Source: Lama glama
Taxonomy: Eukaryota
NCBI GenBank assembly: GCA_028534125.1
Contig: CM052817.1
Span: 90,460,001 to 90,524,000, forward strand
Direction: 5' to 3'
DNA: 64,000 nucleotides
The position numbers and the translations under genes were made by a program. Below the pieces are notes generated by a model. It had not been told where the DNA came from. It searched no databases and was given only the letters and a program-made list of their open reading frames with translations. Positions 1 through 12,969 of the stretch are shown here, piece after piece (the stretch's first letter is position 1; each line of letters opens with the position of its first letter).

Positions 1-2789
1 TATTTGAGTCAATCATTGAGCAATTGATTAGACTAGTTCACAGTTAATTGTGTTCACTCCACTGTTAGGACAGCTGGAAAAGAAAATCAATCTCTTGAGT
101 TAAGGCTCTATCCTTTCAAGACTACCCACCCACGGGAAAAGGAGAAGTTGGCCAACTTCTCCATCAGGCCACATAATGGTCTTTTCCTTTCTCTCTCTGG
201 AAGGTGCTTGGAGTTAACATAAGTAAGCTACTCTTCTTACAGTCTGTGATACTGCCTGCCGAACAAGTTATACTTAGCCCTCTCCCTTGGTTTATTAGAC
301 AAATATGAACTGAGGGACAGGCCTGTATTTTGCCCTTTGCACTTCTTCAAATAAATTCAGTAGTTTCCCCAAAATATTTTAGTTAGAAATTGCATCAGTA
401 TAAATCATCTTGGAAAAGAAAGCTCAATATACATGAGAAATAGAATGAAACTACTGCACACAATACTGTAACGGAAACATAATTGCTGTTATGGAAAAAT
501 CTTGTTCATTTTTCTCCCTCATATCCCCCAATGCCTGGGGCACATTATGTGCTCAATAATAATGTTTGGAATAAAATAATCAGTACTGCTTGGCTAGAGG
601 AACCCCTGAGGAGCCTTTAGGTGTCCATCATTTGAAAACAGTTAGTATGAAGCATCAGTGTGTCCAAATATACTTGACATGTGTGGCTGACTGGATAGAG
701 TTTGAACTGATCCTGGGAGAATACTGCATTTCTTCAGCCAGTGTTTCTGGAAAGAAGTGAGGAGTATGAGGAGTCAGGGGGAATTTTAATTCACTGAGTT
801 TCAAGACATTTGCTTCCTGGAAAGAGACGTGTGCTTTCTGAAAGAAGCACTGGGGCTCAAGAACTCCCACAGATCTTTTCTCTTTGAGGATAGATGGTCA
901 GATGGGAATATCCAAGGATTAACCTGTCAATCTTAAGGCAGTGACACAGGGACTGTTAATTTATGTGCTTGGACACTTCAGAAGTCTAGAACTGTGCTAT
1001 CAACTTTGGCCAAATGACACTTTAAAGTGAAAAGGAAAGAGGTGGTCATTGCGATGGAATGGTAGTGGTGGAAAAAAATGAGAAAATACTTTTCAGTTTG
1101 GGAGAAATCTATTGGTTTGTTTTGCTTTTAGTGAATTTTATTTTCCCATTTGTTTCCAACACAAAAGCAAGGGTATCATCATAGGAGTAATACTTACCCA
1201 GACAGTCAAAAATTTAACTCAGTATCAATACTCACAATATCAACCAAGTTTTGCTCTACTAAAAATAGATCACAAAGTAAAAATATTAAGTTAAAATTAA
1301 CATTGCAATAGACTCTCGAAGAATTAATATTTGCTTCCTTCTGCTTAGACAATTTTCTATTGAAGTAAAAATAAAATTACAGTTTTAATCCTTTTCGCTG
1401 TTGGGCAGCCTTTATGTATTTATCATGCCTTCCTTGACAACCATAACAAGTATGTTGAGAACGCCATCCTTTGCAGTAATCATAGGTTGTTTCCAGACAC
1501 AGTCACCCAGCAACATCTGTACTTCAGCAGTTGGCTAATGTGTGCTTGTAACAGAGACTGGAAATGTCAAATATATATATATATAAAATAGCAACTTATG
1601 TCTATATTCCTCAAAAAGATCTTCAGCGCCTACTTGAGCCAAATAAGGACTAAAGGTTCTTCATTATTTGCCGGGTTAGCACCACGTTACAGACACATCT
1701 CCCTGCGGGGCCTAAGGGTAGGACCATCAGGTTCCATAATGAGCAGCTGGTTGAATTCTGATAAGTGAATCATCATTAAATTTTAAAAATATATGTATTT
1801 GTTCCATGCACAGCATGAGCCCAGTAAGCAATTATAATCCATAAATTTTGTTATATCAATCATCTATTGCAAATCTACAGGACAAATCTAAATTACATGT
1901 GGCTTAACAACAAAAAGAAAATCCTGAAAATTAATAGTCTTATTGTTTCACCTGGTGTTTGCTTTTTTGTGTGAAGTGGTTTTTTTTTAACTTGTAGTTA
2001 ACATGAATTTTACTTGTGGTTAAACATATCATTTCTATGTTATACATTTAAGAAACATCAGTAGATGAAGGAAATTGTACTTCTCAGTAGATTATATTGT
2101 CCTTTCTGAGGACCCTCATTTTTTTCTGATGACAGGAATTAAAAATCAGTGAATGTCAGAATGCCAGTCTATATAGTAAAACTTGCTAAATCCATGTCAG
2201 TCCACACCAATTCCTTCTTTCTCTGTACTTTTCCTTAAAATTATATATATTACCACAAAGCTGCCAGTGAAATATTCTGCTACAGGTTTCTCTCCCTTCC
2301 ACCCTACATTCGATTATAAATTCATTCAAGATGAAAACCTATTTTATATTTCTATTCTACTCTCAATAACATCATACATGATACAATCAGTAAATTTGTA
2401 AAAGCCTTTCGTATCAAGGCAAATTTGATAAAAAGTGTATAAACATGAAAGCTGTTATGATGTCACAGATTGAAGAGATAATGATTCACCTAAAATGTGG
2501 AAAAGCTATCATTTAATATACAGAATTACTTGCCTTTAACAAGCTTGTTATTATGCACAGAGGAGTAGTAGTTTGCGTCAAACCTCAATCACTGAATCAT
2601 AAATTTCACTGCATTTTGCCAAAATCCACAATGGCAAGTCTTGGGATTCCATCTCTTCTGAATTTTTCAGTTCTTTGTCAAATATTAATTCTTTCCCCTG
2701 ACATTTCAAGGGAGGAAGGTATTAAAAAATCATCCCATGTTCCAGGCACCCTGGATTATGTATTTGAACCTGACAACAATCCTCTCATT

Positions 2790-2915
2790 ATTTTCATCTC
2801 TTCACTGGAATGTGAGCTACAAGAGAGCAGAGACCTTTTCTATTTGATTCTCTACTGTATTCACGGGACTTCGACCAGAGTAAGAACTTAATAAACACTT
2901 TTTCAAATAATGAAT
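2790..2915 (+). mobile_element. L2 LINE 3' end relic
   Basis: 'cactggaatgtgagctacaagagagcagagacc...ttaataaacac...aatgaat' resembles the L2 3' terminus (recalled consensus). Confidence 0.65.
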
Positions 2916-2944
2916 CAAAGTAGAAAGGCAAGTTATCATATGAC

Positions 2945-3170
2945 TAAGATTGTGGGTCCTGAAGTCAGACATTCTGGAATGATCTAACCATTGCAAATTT
3001 GGTCATGTTACTAGTTACCAATTTTGCCTTCCCTCAGTCTCTTCATCAGTAAACTGGAGGTAACAGTACAAACTTCATGGGGTTTTATGAGGATTGAACA
3101 AATAATTCCAGGTAAGGTGCTCCGACGTGTGCTTTGCACAAATTATGCACTCAATAAATGTCACTGTTTG
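2945..3170 (+). mobile_element. MIR SINE
   Basis: MIR core 'cctcagtctcttcatcagtaaactggaggtaacagta...gaggattgaacaaataa' and 3' end 'gcactcaataaatgt', followed by a GTT/GCT/ATT simple-repeat tail. Confidence 0.8.
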
Positions 3171-4787
3171 TTGTTGCTGCTGCTGCTGTTGTTATTATTA
3201 TTATTAAATATAAGGAATTTAAAAGTTAGAGACTTTTATAGACAAAATTACATATCTGGTAACAAAAAAAGAAAAAAAAAGCTCTTTCTAATTTGAGACC
3301 TGTGCTCATTTCTACTAAACTTTTCTGACCACTCAGGATATTATCATGATATTCTATGGACAGTAATTTCTAGAAGTAAAGTAATACATTAGTACAAAGA
3401 GAAAAGCAATTGTTTTCTTAAGAAAAAGTACATTAACAGTAATTTTGTACAGTTCAGGCTTAAGAACCAGCCTTGAGACAATTTCAGGGAATGAAATAAA
3501 AGCATGAAGCCGGCAGCTGTGCTTCTTAGACTGTGACACACAGGGAAGTAACCCGTCACGTGAGGTAGGCAGCCCTGGTCTGCGGGGGCGGCCACACTGA
3601 GTCCAGTGATGCTGGTGCTGTTCCTGGTGGCCTTGGGGACTGGTCTGTCCTCTGGACCCTGTCTCCCCCCACACCAATGGAAAATAATCCTCTGGCAAGT
3701 GTTCCGGTCTCACTGCATACATATATTTCAGCATTCACATCTAAGCCTTTTATTACTTCTTTTACCATCTGCCACACACATTTTCCTTTGTTCACTTGGT
3801 TATCACTTTCTCAAGTTTTCTAAAAGCTACACGAGTGGCAAGTTTGCCCCAAGCCCATGGTCCTGCCAGACGGTTAAATCCATGTCCTGAGACAGTACCC
3901 AAGACAATGAACTTTTTTTTAAGTTAAAAATTTTATTAAACACTCTTCTTAATGCTTTAATTCTGAAGACTTAGATTTCCAGTGAATCACCCTGGAGTGA
4001 GGCAGGAGGGATTCCATACACTACTCTCCATAATCAGCGAGGCAAAGTCAGCTGAGTACCACTCCTCATCGTCACTGACGGGTGAGTGTGACACTAAAGT
4101 AGTTTTAGGAACTTGTTTTGTATAAAGTTATAACAGGATGAATATCCAAACCCCCAAATAAGGTGTTCATGTCTCTGTACCCTTAGTTTTTGTAAGAATA
4201 ATCAAAGTCCTCATCACCAAAGTGATACCTGATGAAAACAGAGGTGACTGGTTACTTCTTAATCCCTATTCCCATTGCCTCCACCACCACCACCCCCCCA
4301 GCTGATTCTGCTTAAAGTTTAGTTCTTTGTTTTGTTGGGTTTACTTTTTAAATATTTTATTCTGGGTGTGACATCACTACAGCTGTGACTGACTGTAAAA
4401 GTTCTCATTTCACACGTTACATCCCATCAGATAGAAACAGATCCATCTTGTACATGAAGTGGGATAACCCAGTACCAGGTCTGCCGTGATATCCATCCCC
4501 TCCTCTGAGTTAGATGACTTACCATCATCAAACTAGTCTTCTAAACTGTTCTGTAAGCATCGTTTCTAATTTTATATGTTCTATAGGCATATAGTGTGTG
4601 TACATTCACATATAGATTCACATGCAAAAACAGATGATATCTCTGTACATGTCTGTATGTACGTGCAAAGGGTTAGCTGGATAAAACTCACTAAATGTTA
4701 ATTATGTTTGTTGTGAAGGGTAAATTTAGGGTCTTTTTTCTTTAACATAACTTGCAAAATTGCATATTTATTATTTCAATTAATAAT

Positions 4788-4915
4788 TTCACCATATAAT
4801 TTAGCATCCAAATCAAGACCGTATTGAGAGTGAAAGAGATCACTTATTAATACACATGCTAAGGAAGCAGCATAAAGGCAGACTGTCCCTGGCAAACAAG
4901 ATGCACCCTCATCCT
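4788..4915 (+). mobile_element. MER94-like hAT-Blackjack MITE relic
   Basis: 'accatataatttagcatccaaatcaagaccgtattgagagtgaaa...gactgtccctggcaaac' follows the recalled MER94 consensus across about 130 bp. Confidence 0.7.
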
Positions 4916-5242
4916 GTTTAACCCTCACATCTTATATGTAGAGAAACTGGTAACGGAAGTTGCTAGCCCCAGATGCAACACTCATAACCAGCAGTCAGGG
5001 TTCAAGTCCAGCTCCTGTGCTTTCAGTGACACCTTACACATCCGGCTTGCCTGTTCCTGTCCCCATGGCCAGATGTGCTCCTTGCTCATTCTTTTTCAAT
5101 GAGCTAGTGTAAGTCTTCCTATGAGCTTCTCTTTTGATCCTTATCTTTCTTAATTTGTGTTATGGACGTCTGCGCACCTCCCATCTCTATTGCTAAATTA
5201 TGTGTAAGTCACTTATTTAAAATACAACATTGACTCTTTCAT

Positions 5243-5312
5243 TGTATCTTAGTTATCTACAGCTGAGTAACAAATTCCCCCAAAACATGACTGGAAGCAA
5301 CAAATCTTTATC
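5243..5312 (-). mobile_element. MLT1 (ERVL-MaLR) LTR end fragment
   Basis: 'tgtatcttagttatctacagctgagtaacaaattcccccaaaac' is a typical reverse-strand MLT1 terminus. Confidence 0.55.
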
Positions 5313-8189
5313 AAAATGTTTCCTTTGAGAAATTTGGCACAAGCTTGCCACTAACTAGTTTTCTCAGCCTGCTTTCTGGGGCTGAGTGACCTGCTTTCAT
5401 TTTGTACTGTCCCTCTCTCTTTCAGTCCAAGTTTGGGAAGAACTTTGTGGCCCTCTGTGAGTCTCATGAAGGTTTATTCTATCAGTCAAAAGCCATACCC
5501 ACAAATCCCGGAAAGGCATTGATAACGTTTTTATTTAATTTAGCAGTTGTATGCCCATATACTATCTTTCAGTGATTATAAATATGTCCGTCTGTAAATT
5601 TTTAATTAGTTTGATCATCCTTTTGGTTGTTAATGAGGTAAATAACCTTTTATTCATGCTCATTCAACTTACATAAAAATCAAGTCTTAACTATTTTGAA
5701 AATTATGCTTTCAGAGTAGATTAGTTCCTAGAAAACATAAGGTTTCTGTTATTAGTGTAACTTTGTTGGTGATGATGATATGTCATGGCTCCCTTTTTAT
5801 TTTGATTTTCTGTTTTAATAAAGTGTACAAATGATACACATGAATGAATGGGAATGGAACACAATACCCATCACCCTCTGTGATAAATAATCTGACTTAA
5901 ACAGATAATTGGTTGGCTAAGCAGGTTTTCTCTTTCTGTTCACAAAATTTTGTGAAATGCCTGAGTGGAAAAGAGTGGATGAACTATGTTCTTGGAAGAG
6001 TAGAACTGGCTTCTGCTGAAACCTCTAACTATTTAAATATTCCACTTACTGGAGTATATAGTAGAGGATTCAGCTTTCCACACAAAGCACTGAAAATAAA
6101 TAATATCTTTCTTTTGCTTTTAAAAATTTAAAGTTCACATTAAGAAGGAAACTTGTCATCTTATTTAATCAAAGAGGCCATCACTGAGTAATAAGTAGAT
6201 AAAATAGCTAACTTTCTTATCTGGAGCGAAACCATCACAGAAATGAGAAATCACATTTCATCACTCCCATACTGACTGAAGCCCCTCTCTTATTTCAGGC
6301 ATGGAGAACATAGAAAGCCATAATAAACTGTGATTTTCGTACTTTTTAAAAGTGATATCTAGAAAAAAATCAAAGGCTCATTTTTTATGGCATTTTCTGC
6401 ACATTTGAGCAACGGGTGCAAAACCTCAGGCTCTTGACCTCAAGGACAATGAACGCTGTTGAAAGAAGTCCGCATTATGAAATTCATTTTGACAAATGGT
6501 GATGAAACACACATCTCAAAAAAAGCAAGCTTTCTGCAGAACTGATTTCTTATCTTAATTCTAGAATACGGAGATAACAAGGCAGGCATCATCATCTATA
6601 TTTATGTAACTCATGTCTGTTTTATCATCCGATTGCCTTCTTGAGAAAGCAACCCCAAAAATTTATTTTAGGAATTCAGAAAAATTTAAACATACCAACT
6701 CTGTCGACATCCTTCCTGCCGGATTGCCCTTTAGTCATGTTCTAGCTCCAGAGTGTATACGGTCTTTAATCCAGTGTAATAAATCATGAAATGATTTTTC
6801 TCAGCGAGACAAAAGGGACATTACTTGAAATGTTAGCATGGCATTGGAACAGTGGAGAAGGCTGATGCAATTACCTAGAAGGCCTGTTTACCCCTTCTTC
6901 ATTTCTCTCCACCTAAGGACAAAATTATTATTCAGCCCAGTCAGCTCGAGCGTTGCATCAAGAGAGAGATCTGAAAGTACTGATTTATAAGGCGAGTTAT
7001 AGCTGGAATAAGAAATGCAGATAAGCAAAGTGCCTTAAAGGCTTTATTTTGTTTGCTCTCTTTTTTGAACTCTCCTCTGCTCCTTACTCTATTTAAGTTA
7101 TATAACAATTAATACTAAGACTTTCACTATTTCTGTGTATCGACACTCCAACCCCAAATATTTAACTTTGTATTCGGTTGCTGTTTCATCTCTGAAGCAA
7201 GGGAATTCTAAGATGTAGGCATATAAATCATGCTGGTGCATGATAAATGTGCCGTAGGACACCAGGTCCCATGTCCTGAGAGGGAAATGAATGGCTTTGG
7301 AAGGACACAGTGTTACAGTTGGTAGCAAGTGGTGAGAGGTAGAAGTCTACCTAGTTGTTCTTAACTTTTCAATATAAGCAAAGTTTACTGGGCTTTCCCT
7401 GAGACACATAAATTCAAATTTCTTGATTTCACTTATTTTTCTTAAATGCACAGTCAAATAGAAAACACTACAGGTTGATTCCACGCAGGCAGAATGGCAC
7501 GCCAGTCCTGTGTTGTGAGTGTCTCTTTCCCCTCATTGCTGTTGGAACTTCCTTGTCTTCCTGGCCACCGGGTTTGAGATGTAGAATAATTGATTAGTTA
7601 TTCGAGCAGTGCCCTATTACTAAGACGACTATTTGTAAAATCAAAGTATTTTGTATTGTCCTTAATGCAATCTGTTGAAAGAGACAGCCAGGGAGAGCAG
7701 GTATAGAGTCTCCTACAATAGACACGTGTAAACTTCCTTTGCATGCTAATTACAACACAAAACATCAACAAGCCAAAGAGTGGATAGGCAAGGGTTTAAT
7801 ATATCTGAGCAGTTTTGAAATTGTAATATTTAATCCTGATAAGCTAAAAGCTGTAATCAGTCTGTTGTACTATACTGTGCGAAGTTAGAACTGTGTGAAC
7901 CATCTTCAGACAAATCATATTTCCTCTACTATATTTTTTAACCCTTTTTGATAAGATTATCCTCAAATTCTTTGAAGTTTATTCATGTCTTATAAAGAAG
8001 ATCTGGATCAGAACCAATGATCACTAGTCTCAAGGACGCCAACTATCCTCCCACTAAGGGGTAACAAACCTAAAACGTTCTTGTCAAGGTATATTTTAAC
8101 TTAAATTATTCAGCAATATCCGTAATTATATATGGAATGGTGATACTGTAGTAAGAGATAGAATGTTACAATTTTAAAATACAACTGTG

Positions 8190-8499
8190 TTCATCTACAA
8201 AACAGAAATAGACTCTCAGACATAGTAAACAATCTTATGGTTACCAGGGGAAAGAGGGCGGGAAGGGATACATTTGGGAGTTTGAGATTTACAGATGTCA
8301 GCCACTATATATAAAAATAGATTTTAAAAAAAGGTTCTGCTGTATAGCAGGGGGAACTATGTTCAATATCTTGTAATAACCTTTAATAAAAAATATGAAA
8401 ATGAATATATGTATATACGTGCATGACTGGGACACTGTGCCGTACACCAGAAATTGACACATTGTAAATGATGGTACTTCAATAAAAATAGAATAAAAT
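8190..8499 (+). mobile_element. 5'-truncated L1 (3'UTR and A-rich tail) with TSD
   Basis: L1 3'UTR 'aatcttatggttaccagggg...gggaactatgttcaatatcttgtaataacc...ccagaaattgacac'. TSD aaaatacaactgtg (8176-8189) / aaattacaactgtg (8500-8513), 13/14 identical. Endonuclease site tttt|aaaa at 8172-8179. Confidence 0.93.
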
Positions 8500-9769
8500 A
8501 AATTACAACTGTGACCTCTAGAGTTATAAAATGTTTTCCATTGTATTTCAAACCTAGTACACTTTTCTATCAAGAGTTACATAAAAGTTCTTTCTTCCCC
8601 CATATATTCACTTTTCATTGAATTTGTTAAAGTTACAGAGTTCTTGCACTGCCAAACCATGCCTGAGAATTCAAAGAAAGAAATGGTACAATGGACAGCC
8701 TCACCCACCCATCAAGTATATTAAAACTTGATTCATGTGCATTTTGGTAATTTGACAGTCTTTTGAAAAGTTATCACAAGGCTTGGAATTTTTAAATCTC
8801 CTGCAGGTCTCCAGATTTCTAGGACAGTATGCCATTAAATAACATTTCTATATCTTCATCTCAGTTCATTCTTCAATAACATAAACCTCAACAAAATTTC
8901 GCTGGAAAAAAATGCATACTTTTCAGGGAAAATATGTGGCTCAAGGTCCAAGAGATTATTTGTTAAGATTATTGGTTCTCAAATGAAGTCTTCAGTTTCA
9001 CCAAGAATCCTTTGTTTCTCAGTCATCTAACCTCTCCTTGGCCAGCTCAGCCAAGCTTTTGTATTCAAGTTTTTAATGATAATTGATAACCCAAGATTTA
9101 AGAAAACGATTCACTTGCAATAAAAACATTGTAAAATGTCACTAGAAGTATTATAAATTTAGTTTCTATGTTATTATAGTTTCAAGTTATATGCAAACAA
9201 TAACTCTAGTGCCTATTTCTGAATCTGATAGACAAACACCCAGCAGGATGTCAAGGTTTTTGCTAGTAACTCTGCAGGAAGAGATCTGAAATTTGATAAC
9301 CGCTGAATTCAAGAGAAATGAACTTTAGAGATCACTGGTTCCAACCCCTCTAATTTGCACAAAAAGGTTAAAAGGCAAAGGCCTAGCATGTTTAAATATC
9401 CCTCACTTAGCAAAGTCAGCACTGGAAACAAAGGCACTCAAATTCCCTCACTTTTTTGAAACAATGACCATATATGTTGCAAGCCATTCTGATATGAGAG
9501 CAGGTATGCACTCATATTTGGATCTAATAGCAGGTGTGGGGACTCATAGTTCCCATTGACTCATCCAAACGACTACATTACATGCTAAACTAAATGCCAG
9601 GCATCCTGAATCACCTTGTTTGCCCAGGAAAAAACAAACAAACAAACAAAAACCTGGACTTAAAAAGAGATTTGCAAACATGAATTAGTGTTGACATCAC
9701 TCAATCTAGAACAAGGACACAGGGAATGAAGGAGCAAACTGATTTTTTTTTTTTTTGCTTTTCCTGAGA

Positions 9770-10000
9770 AGTGGAAAAACATAATATAACATTTTACCAT
9801 GTCCACCTATGCACTTATCAGCTGATGATCCAAAATTCCTTTCCCTTTTTTCCTGCCTTGAATGTGGACATGATGCCTGGAGCTACAGCAGCCAATTTGG
9901 TGTCATAATGTGACAAGCCTGAGGGAATAGACAAGGTAAATAACTCTGTTGAAGCCACAGTAAATCTCTTACTTGCAGCTGCAAGTATTCCTAAATGAGG
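9770..10000 (+). mobile_element. MLT1-family LTR relic
   Basis: 'tcctgccttgaatgtggacatgatgcctggagctacagcagcca' is a characteristic old MLT1 segment. Confidence 0.6.
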
Positions 10001-10384
10001 TACCTAGTGAACCTGAACTTCATTTTGTGTACTAGTTGCACAGTGTGTATCCTGCTATATGATAGTCCTTGGTTTACCTGTCTGGAAAGCAAACTGATCT
10101 TGTCTCTGTCTTGTCACCCTGAGGTATCAAGGCAAATCATCAGGGCTCTAATTTGCATCAAGGCCTATAAGTCTTATGAAAAGGATGAGGGTGGGAAAAA
10201 TGGTGAATGGAGATTTTAGAATTAAGGACAGTTTCAAACACCATGAAGCTTAATATTCTGTAATAAAAAGGGATTAAAATATCTTTATTTCTCTAGAAAG
10301 ATGCTTAAAGGCTACGGGGCTGTAGGAAAATTTCCCATGGCAGCTAGAAGTGCAAAGGCACTGGACAGACCTGGGAGAAAATTA

Positions 10385-10605
10385 AGCAGTATTTATTTAG
10401 GACCTACTACATGTCAGATATTATGCTGATTGTTTACATTAAAATTTCCTTGATCCTCACAACAGTCTCATGAGATAGATATTTTTATCTGATTATATGA
10501 GTTTACGTTCCTTTGGGAAGGTCCCACGTGGGATAAGAGTTCAATGTTTGTCAGTAGGTAGCAAAGATTTATACGCCAATCCTAACAGAGCTCAAAGCAG
10601 CTCTT
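10385..10605 (-). mobile_element. MIR SINE
   Basis: 'atttatttaggacctactacatgtcaga...tgatcctcacaacagtctcatgagatagat' is reverse-strand MIR. Confidence 0.7.
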
Positions 10606-10624
10606 TCTGTAGAATACCGATGAA

Positions 10625-10829
10625 ATGAGCAATTTCTAGAACCAGACTACCTGGGTCCAATGCTGGATCACCAGCTGTGTGATGTCAAGCTACTTCCTCC
10701 AAGCATTAGTTTCCTTGTCCATAAGGTAGGATTGATAGAGCTGGTGTGAAGTTAAATGGTGTGATATGTACAAATCTTGCACTGCGCCAGGGACATGGGA
10801 AGAGTTCAGCTCTCAGCTATTGCTGTTAT
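10625..10829 (+). mobile_element. MIR SINE
   Basis: 'ctagaaccagactacctgggtccaa...cagctgtgtga...agtttccttgtccataa...gtgaagttaaatg' ending in 'agctattgctgttat'. Confidence 0.7.
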
Positions 10830-10852
10830 AAAGTCGCCAGCAGAGGGAGCAA
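10820..10852 (+). promoter_or_regulatory. Putative CTCF binding site (core plus upstream motif)
   Basis: TCGCCAGCAGAGGGAGCAA (10834-10852) closely matches the CTCF core CCASYAGRKGGCRC. TGCTGTTAT lies 5 nt upstream, at the spacing of the ZF9-11 upstream motif (TGCAGTNCC). Confidence 0.65.
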
Positions 10853-11738
10853 TACACCTATAAAAGCAGCGTTCTTCAGCATCCCAAAGGCCCAAACCCC
10901 TCAGAAGGTCACAAAGAAACATTATATTGTAGGGAAAGACTATTTCCTCTAGGAGCAAAACTTACATTTGTCCTAAGCAAAGAGTCTGGGTGTTGGGCCA
11001 ACAACAAGGGACCCCAAGAAGACCAGAGCAAGACCTGGAAATGAAAGAAACCAAGAATAGAAACACTGGTGCTTGAGAAAGCCAGTGACCCCAAGAGCAG
11101 GACCTAAACAGCCCCGGATTAGTCGGCTGGGAAGGACTGCCAGAGAACCTCCTCAGTTTATCCCAAACTTCCTTTGCAGAGGTGAACTGAAGGGCTGAGG
11201 GAGGGGAGCAAATCCCAGTAAGTAGCTAGCATGAACTCTGCAATCCTAACAAAAGTCTATGTGTTACGAGCAAACTGAGATGCCAGGTGGTTAAACAACT
11301 TGCTCAAGGTCTCAAATGGGTGAAGCCAACATTCTCACCCATTATGTGTTTCTGTGGAAAAGTCTCCAACTCATCCAAGTGTGTCTGCAACAACAGCTTT
11401 GTCTGAGGTTTTTTTTCCTTTTTAGAAATCGTTCATCTACACACTGTCTTAGGTCACCAGAGCTCCACTAAAGCCAATAGAAGAGCATCTTGGTCATGTT
11501 TCTGAGAAGAGCAGTGTCCCTCAGAAGAGGCGTGAGGTTTTCACAACGTTCTGACTCAAGTTTCTTCACGTCCCCTCTACATAGGAGAGGTCCTGAAGTT
11601 TATTTTCTATCCACAGCAGGTGCTTTGGCCCCCTCAAAGACACTCAAGTGTTTATGTTCACTATTTTTGCACGGTTGTGCTTTGGAGTCATGTTTAGAAA
11701 GTTCCTCAGTGTAAAGAAAAGAAAGGTTTGCTGATGTT

Positions 11739-12256
11739 TATATTATTTAGGTTTCAAAGAAGCAGACACACTAGGAGATAGATAATGGTTTTTTAAATAG
11801 GAATTTGACTTTATAGATTTGCGGGAGCTGGTTAAGCAGTGTCTGTGAAGGGCTGCCTTCCTATCTGATGCTGGAGCTAAAAGTCTGGAAGGAAGAGCGC
11901 GAATACACTGGAACCACAAACACAAGCAAAGCCCATGACCACACACAGAAACCCATGACTTTGTTGCACTGGAACTCGGTGGAACTCCAGAAGCTGGGAC
12001 ATCTTAAAGCCACACTTCAGACTAGGAACCAGAGAAAGCTGGGACAGTCACAGGCCTGTGGCTCCCTCACAACAATAACATGAATCATCAAATAAGCAAC
12101 AGTGTGTGTGAAATAGCTACTGCTGTATTTCTGCCTTCCAAATATCCCAGAAGAGTGTCTCATGCGGCCCACCCTAACCAGATACACACAGAAAAGAGAG
12201 TTCTGGGAAATGTAGTTCAGCCTAGCCAAATGGACACAACACACAACGACCATGAT
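11739..12256 (-). mobile_element. MLT2 (ERVL) LTR
   Basis: Ends 'gttctgggaaatgtagttcagcctagccaaatggacaca', the reverse-strand MLT2 5' terminus. Starts 'tattatttaggtttc...gcagacacactagga'. Confidence 0.75.
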
Positions 12257-12394
12257 CAACCCCTTCTCAATTTGGTATACATAGACATTTCATTAAACCA
12301 TCCTTAACCTCCAAATAAAGATCAAAGCAAAGCCACACCTCCACCTAATGAGATACAATAAAATATCAAGTGCAATCAAAAGCAAGCTAACATG
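12257..12394 (-). mobile_element. ERVL internal region, 3' end adjoining the LTR
   Basis: 'accccttctcaatttggtatacatagacatttcattaaaccatccttaacctccaaataaaga' resembles the ERVL-int sequence that abuts the 3' MLT2 LTR. Confidence 0.65.
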
Positions 12395-12952
12395 ACCTCA
12401 ATGTTCACAGCAGCACTATATACAATAGCCAAGACATGGAAACAACCCAAATGTCCATCGACAGATGACTGGATAAAGAAGCTGTGGTATATTTACACAA
12501 CGGGATACTACTCAGCCATAAAAATAGAATAATGCCATATGCATCAAGATGCATGGACCTGGAGATTGTAATTCTAAGCGAAGTAAGCCAGAAAGAGAAA
12601 GAAAAATATGATATCACTTATATGTGGAATCCAAAAAAAAAAAGACGTAAATGAATTTATTTACAGAACAGAAACAGAATCACATAGAGAAAAACTTATG
12701 GTTACCAGTGTTAAAGGGAGTGGGAAGGGATAAATTGGGAGTTTGAGATTTGCAGATACTAAATACTATATATAAAATAGATAAACAAGTTTCTTCTGTA
12801 TAGCACAGGGAACTATATTCAATATCTTGCAGTAACTTATGGTGAAAAAGAATATGAAAATATATGTATGTTCATGTATGAAAGAAGCATTATTCTGTAC
12901 ACCAGAAATTGACAACACTGTAAACTATACTTCACTTAAAAAAAAAAAAAAA
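12395..12952 (+). mobile_element. 5'-truncated L1 (ORF2 C-terminus relic, 3'UTR, poly-A) with decayed TSD
   Basis: 'aatgttcacagcagcactatatacaatagccaagacatggaaacaacccaaatgtccatcgacagatga' is the ORF2 end (MFTAALYTIAKTWKQPKCPSTDDWIKKLW). Poly-A at 12938-12952. TSD aaaagcaagctaacatg (12378-12394) / aaaggcacgttaacatg (12950-12966), 14/17. Confidence 0.95.
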
Positions 12953-12969
12953 GGCACGTTAACATGGAG

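Noticed and set aside
3024..3296. ORF with poly-Leu membrane-like segment
   Set aside because: It is a MIR plus its GCT/GTT/ATT simple-repeat tail.
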